Shown piece after piece: positions 58,342 to 64,000 of a DNA stretch of 64,000 nucleotides (position 1 is the first letter of the stretch; each line of letters opens with the position of its first letter). Origin of the DNA: Tubulanus polymorphus (taxonomy: Eukaryota; Animalia; Nemertea). The position numbers and the translations under genes were made by a program. The stretch lies in the NCBI RefSeq assembly GCF_964204645.1, contig NC_134027.1, positions 6,914,485 through 6,978,484 of the forward strand, in the 5' to 3' direction. The notes beneath the pieces were generated by a model that did no database searches, was not told where the DNA came from, and worked only from the letters and a program-made list of their open reading frames with translations.

Positions 58342-59115
58342 GTTATCTATCACATTTTCGCTGTTTCAGCCGAGCCACGAGCCAACTTAGTACATCTTTG
58401 TAATTAGTATATCAATTATTGTAGCTAAGGCATTGCATACATTTTGTTACGGAATTATTTGTCCGTTTTGCTGAAGCATAGGAATTTATATCAGTTAACT
58501 AAGTCAACGAATGCGCAAATATGCGATTCGATGAATAACACATCGTGCTCGAAAAAAATAATTTTCATATGATGACTAAAATATACGTAACCTGTTGGGA
58601 GATAGTCGGCATTCACTAGTCATTTGCTATATGCTCAACTCACCCAGGATTTCGTTAATTTTGATTTGAAACCGATAGAACGATAGCCGAGATTATGCGC
58701 CATGATTTTATCCGTGTATCTTTAGGCAATGAGTTTATTCCTCGCGTGTTCCAATTAGAATAACTTTGAACTTGCCTCCGCAATAAGGACTAAACATTTT
58801 TCGTTTATGTATAGCGTTCTTGTATTAACGGAGAAAGCCTGTTTGTAAACTTAGTTAAAAGTTATTACTTTTAAAGATGAAAAACCGTTTTGAATAGAAA
58901 TAACAAACGGTCCACTTCGACCCACTCATGGTCTTAAGGCGTTGGACTCAAAATGTATGCAAATTGGCGATGAATATCTACCCTTCGACATCTGAAATAT
59001 AATCATTCCACCAATAAACGGTTCAGTTTGCAACCAGAATGGAAATTTAGGAAATGAGTAGAACAGTGTAGATATAAAGGGTTAGGTTATCTTGCAAGTA
59101 ACGAACATACGTTAA

Positions 59116-59159
59116 TCCATGGACAAAACGAGACTGTTGTTCGTTTTAGAGTCCATGGT
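59116..59159. mobile_element. 44-bp TIR mini-element related to 11751-11779
   Basis: tccatggac ... ttcgttttagagtccatggt; the right arm is the exact reverse complement of accatggactctaaaacgaa. Confidence 0.65.
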
Positions 59160-59719
59160 TTATCTACTAACTTTGAATTTAAGATTCTAAAAGTGCAACA
59201 GGTAGACCTCGAACTTGCTTTGAACTAGTATTCGAATGCTTGTTTGTAGCTGTACGGCCGTCAGTAGACTATGACGTCATTAAAACCAGGCACTATAAAA
59301 GTCACGTGATCGTGATCGGGTTTCTTACGCGATATCTTTGAGTTTTTTCAAAACCTAGCCCTTGTATTTAAAATCGAACTACGAAAAAATTCCCTATTTA
59401 TGATTCTAAACACGATATCTTGTATAAAGTAATTAGTTTTCAGATAAATCGAAAACTTGTATTTGAAAATAGTCCCAATGTCTGTGGGAAATCATCTTTT
59501 CATCTTAAGATGTAAGATTGTATTCATGATGAATATTACCAAATAGCATACAGACTCTATGTAACTTTGTGTTCTTTTTAGTGCTACTGATAAAACAGTA
59601 AACTTCATATATCCGATAAGTAATGGGAAATTGTTTCGCGTGTTTCGAGGGAGATACAGCGCTTCATATTTCAGCATAATGATACCTTACATCTGTCACG
59701 GTTGCTCCATCAATCAGGC

Positions 59720-60291
<572 letters not shown>

Positions 60292-61195
60292 GTACGTACA
60301 TACTGTGACCAGTTACTCGTGACGTCATACAGGTGGGGTGAATGTGAAAATCTATTTAGTGAATCATTGGAATAATTGGAGTCCATGTTCGATGCAGTCA
60401 TTATGTGTTTTGAAATCACTGTTTTACATACGATGCATATACACGCTTGCCGCAGTTCGTTTGTTGGGCGCTGTGCGAATTGACACGCCAACACAAGAAC
60501 AAATGCAGAATGTATGCCACTCACCACGCAAAATCATTCCTTCTAGCGATTCACTTTTTGTTTATTTTCAAATTAATCCAGATAAAAGAAACTCTGACGT
60601 CAAATACTCGAAAAAATGATTATGTGTGACACATAGTTAGACAATTTGATGCTTGTCTTCTAGAATCATAACAAATGTAAAAGAAAAGATCTATAAATAA
60701 AATCACGTTCACCTGGGCTGGTTATAGCCTATCTAAGATAAATCAACGCATGATTCATATTGTTCGATCGGTAAGAAGGTTGACTGCATAATTTTGCAAA
60801 AACTAAAATTACTCTTGTGGTAGATATTTCTTTCTCATGATATCACAACATTAGCAACTATCATATACAGCGCACATGATGATATAATACCGACTTCTTT
60901 TCCGTGTTTGAATAATTGACCTCCCACGATGCCTTCCCTGGCTTCAAAAACAGTTTTCCAATGCATTCAAATGTATGTAAAATCTAATGGCTGCATATAT
61001 ATGTATATATAAACCATTTTGCCGAATTGATCGTAATGTAAATTGGATTGAAACTAATGTGGGCAGCATACGGCAAACATCAATTAATAAATGCACAGCA
61101 AACGTAATGTTTATGAAGATAGGAAAATTTTAAAGACCCTAAAGGTGACGTTACGTTAGATAGACACATATATATTGTATATTATGGTGTTATGG

Positions 61196-61300
61196 ATGTG
61201 AATATTTTGAGAGGGAACCAACTTTCTAGGTGATTAGGTCTCGGAATGGAATGTGAATATATTGAGGGGAACCAAGTTTCTAGGTGATTAGATCTCGGAA
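61196..61300. repeat. Two-copy ~55-bp tandem duplication
   Basis: atgtgaatattttgagagggaaccaactttctaggtgattaggtctcggaa followed by atgtgaatatattgaggggaaccaagtttctaggtgattagatctcggaa. Confidence 0.85.
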
Positions 61301-63682
61301 GAGACATAGAATAAGTTAGGGTTGAAAACCATGCTTTTTTGTTTTAGCTTTATTTTGCTGGGTTTTCAATGACTAGTGGGTTGTCGAAAAATGCATCAGG
61401 GGATTTGGTATCAGTACAAGCGTGATCTTATCTGCAACAATTCTTCGATTTCTAAAAGAAAACGCTTCGAAATGTTTTCTCTGGTTCGTTCAAATGGTTT
61501 CATACGCTAAGAAAGATAAAATCACGTTTGAGCACTTAGCGCCTTACCCCATAACTGGAACTGTATCCAGAGAAACGGACTTTCTTAGTTACCATGGGTA
61601 CATGAGGTACAAGAGACCTACAAGTCAATAAACCATACACAACTTTTAAAGACTCAAGATTTGGTTTGATATATCTTTTTCTTCGTGGGGTCGGGCGGAG
61701 ATACTGAAAATCAGGCCATATAAATGTTGTGCAGGGTAATGATCGCTATAAAATAACGCTTAACTGAAAATGAAATAATCTAAAGTGAAAATGTAAATTG
61801 TGCATAAACAATCTAAAAAAATTATTTACATTGTCCACTGTTAACTTAGAATAATCGATTATGATTGTTAATCTTAAGACAAAAAAAGTTTAACTGGAAA
61901 GAAATAATACATTCGTACTACGCAAGATCCCTCGATGACTTGCTATTCGTTATCAGGATCGACATGAATAAGTTAGTTTTGGTGGGTAGGTGGATAGATA
62001 CTCGTGGAATCGTAATCAATTTCAGATATGTGACACACATTTACTCAGTCGTATAACACGAGAACAAATCGCTCAGGATAAGTTCTATTCTATTTTCGAA
62101 ATGGGCGTTAGCATTCCTGCAGCGAGTTCTTCCATATCACCCCCTCCCCTCTCTCACTGAACAACAATACCACCGTAGATTTGTATACCCGTCTTGAGAT
62201 ATATATAGAAAGCGCCTAGCACTAATCTAAGTTACCTAACTAATTTACGCAAAGAACTCTTAACATAGAAATTCATTTCCAAATAAAACGCGTAATAGTC
62301 TTTATTAAACGTGATTTGCAATGTAGACATGTAGTTTGACAATTTGTATCCCCATTTTTTCCAAGTATCAAGTTACATAGTACATGTTCTTGAATATATC
62401 TGACATTTCCTCAGTTTACTTGCAAGTTATTTCACTTTTGAAAATCGATTGGCTGGACAAAATGAAAATTATATGAAAGATTAGAAATTTGGATTAATTC
62501 AAAATATATAAATAAGCTTACCTTCGATGAAATAGCGAAAAGCTGCTTGGTAATGTGCAGCTAATGGAGGGCACCAAACAAGACGCTAGTAACGCCACCT
62601 GTATAACGTTTAATAGACTAACAATCACATTGGGGGTGGAAGGTATTATACGCAGAGTAGAACAATTCGAGGTAATCCGAACTTATCATAAGAAAACCAA
62701 CCTCACGTTATTTAGTGACGATCGACAACTTTTTTATTTCGGGAATTCAATTTCAAATTTTGGGGGCATATTTGCCTATTCTATTCAAAGATATTTGTGT
62801 ATTATGCACAGCGTTTACATTTTCGTTTATCTAAAAAGATAAACCATATGTATGTATGTATGGAAAAAAAACTTTTGAAGAATCTGCGATCGATTTGCAT
62901 GTGAATGAATGGATACCCGAAATACAAGATAGCCGTGGTTCATTTACATCAGCATCTTCCATCCCTCAGTTGCTGGAACGATGGAGCATCCCTCCGCCTT
63001 CATATTACATTACTATTGGAGCTATAAAAGGTGCGAATTCCACCTCGTTTGCCTGGCTCTATACACTTTTCTTACCAATATACGCTCATCTAGCTAGTAG
63101 TACAAGCTGTAACTTGCTTCTTCTTGAGAACTAAATGTAAGCATTTGAGTAAGCCTTCATATGTATTGTGATGTTGTTCAGTAATCCGTTAAACCATCGA
63201 TGTTCACTTAGCGTTCAAAATATTTCCTAGATTAACGCAATAGACGAATCGAATGATATTTGCAGAAAGACATTTGTACACTTCTTATCGATGATTATTT
63301 TGTGCGGTCATATTCATATATATATACAAGTATACAAATTCATATATTCGAGTATACAAATAGAATATATAAAACAGAATTTTTTCATGGATTGATCGAT
63401 ATTTAGATATAATGAATCGTTTTAACTGGGGTTATTGATTTATTGAATGTTCCTCCGGGCAGTTCTCATAAAATCATCTTTATATAAACTATATCATAGA
63501 AAAATCGTGGAAAAAGGCAAATTATTTTATTTCAGCATATCTGTAATCAATTTTGTTTGTAAAAAAGGTCGTATGATGATCATCATCTGCCAATCAAAGC
63601 ACGTCTTTTGAAGACTTTGTACATATTCGATATAACATCGTTGCGTTGCGGACTTTCTGGAGGAACAGTTGCAGCGACGAAA

Positions 63683-64000
63683 ATGCTCAACACCACGTCG
63701 TACCCAGCAGTACCTCGGTTCACGTACGTTTTCATCGCCATGGAAATCGTACCGCGTGTTCTCGTGAACAGTTCGGCAAGGATTACGATCTGTATTCTGT
63801 ACGGAACTTCCATCGGCCTCGGTATGGTTGGGAACGTTCTCATAGTTATCGTCATGTTTACAAAAAGGTGTTGGAAAATGTCTTACAGTCGCTTTTTCGT
63901 CGCACTCGCCGTCAGCGATACGTTCGTTTTATCTTGGACATCGCTTATTCTAGTTAACACGATATACGGTGGTTCGATTATTGAGCTAAATCTGTCAATA
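63683..64000 (+). CDS. 5' part of a class A (rhodopsin-like) GPCR, probably peptide-receptor-like; runs off the window
   Basis: MLNTTSYPAV...NSSARITICILYGTSIGLGMVGNVLIVIVM (N-glycosylation sequons, TM1 GN) then MSYSRFFVALAVSDTFVL (TM2 LAxSD); frame open to the window end; not in the ORF track. Confidence 0.88.
   Translation, partial: MLNTTSYPAVPRFTYVFIAMEIVPRVLVNSSARITICILYGTSIGLGMVGNVLIVIVMFTKRCWKMSYSRFFVALAVSDTFVLSWTSLILVNTIYGGSIIELNLSI

Overview
AT-rich, intron-dense eukaryotic genomic DNA from an invertebrate animal (lophotrochozoan-like is a guess only). No prokaryotic features or CRISPR arrays are present. Manual splicing gives 12 protein-coding loci, in order: 3' end of a MYPT3/TIMAP (PPP1R16) homologue (+); a complete, very compact WWOX (-); Artemis/DCLRE1C (+), head-to-head with WWOX, whose 4.8-kb first intron hides two antisense tandem METTL27-like methyltransferase genes; an atypical Rab-like GTPase (-) head-to-head with LEMD3/MAN1 (+); sarcospan (+); a BTB-BACK-Kelch protein (-); a CRAL-TRIO lipid-binding protein (+); an uncharacterised, apparently alternatively spliced gene with a 13-nt micro-exon (-); and the start of a class A GPCR (+). 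Many small non-autonomous DNA transposons (MITEs) and long (TA)n tracts are also present. The most notable system is the WWOX-Artemis bidirectional locus with nested duplicated methyltransferases whose N-terminal exons have diverged strongly. All exon coordinates were read by eye and need RNA-seq confirmation.
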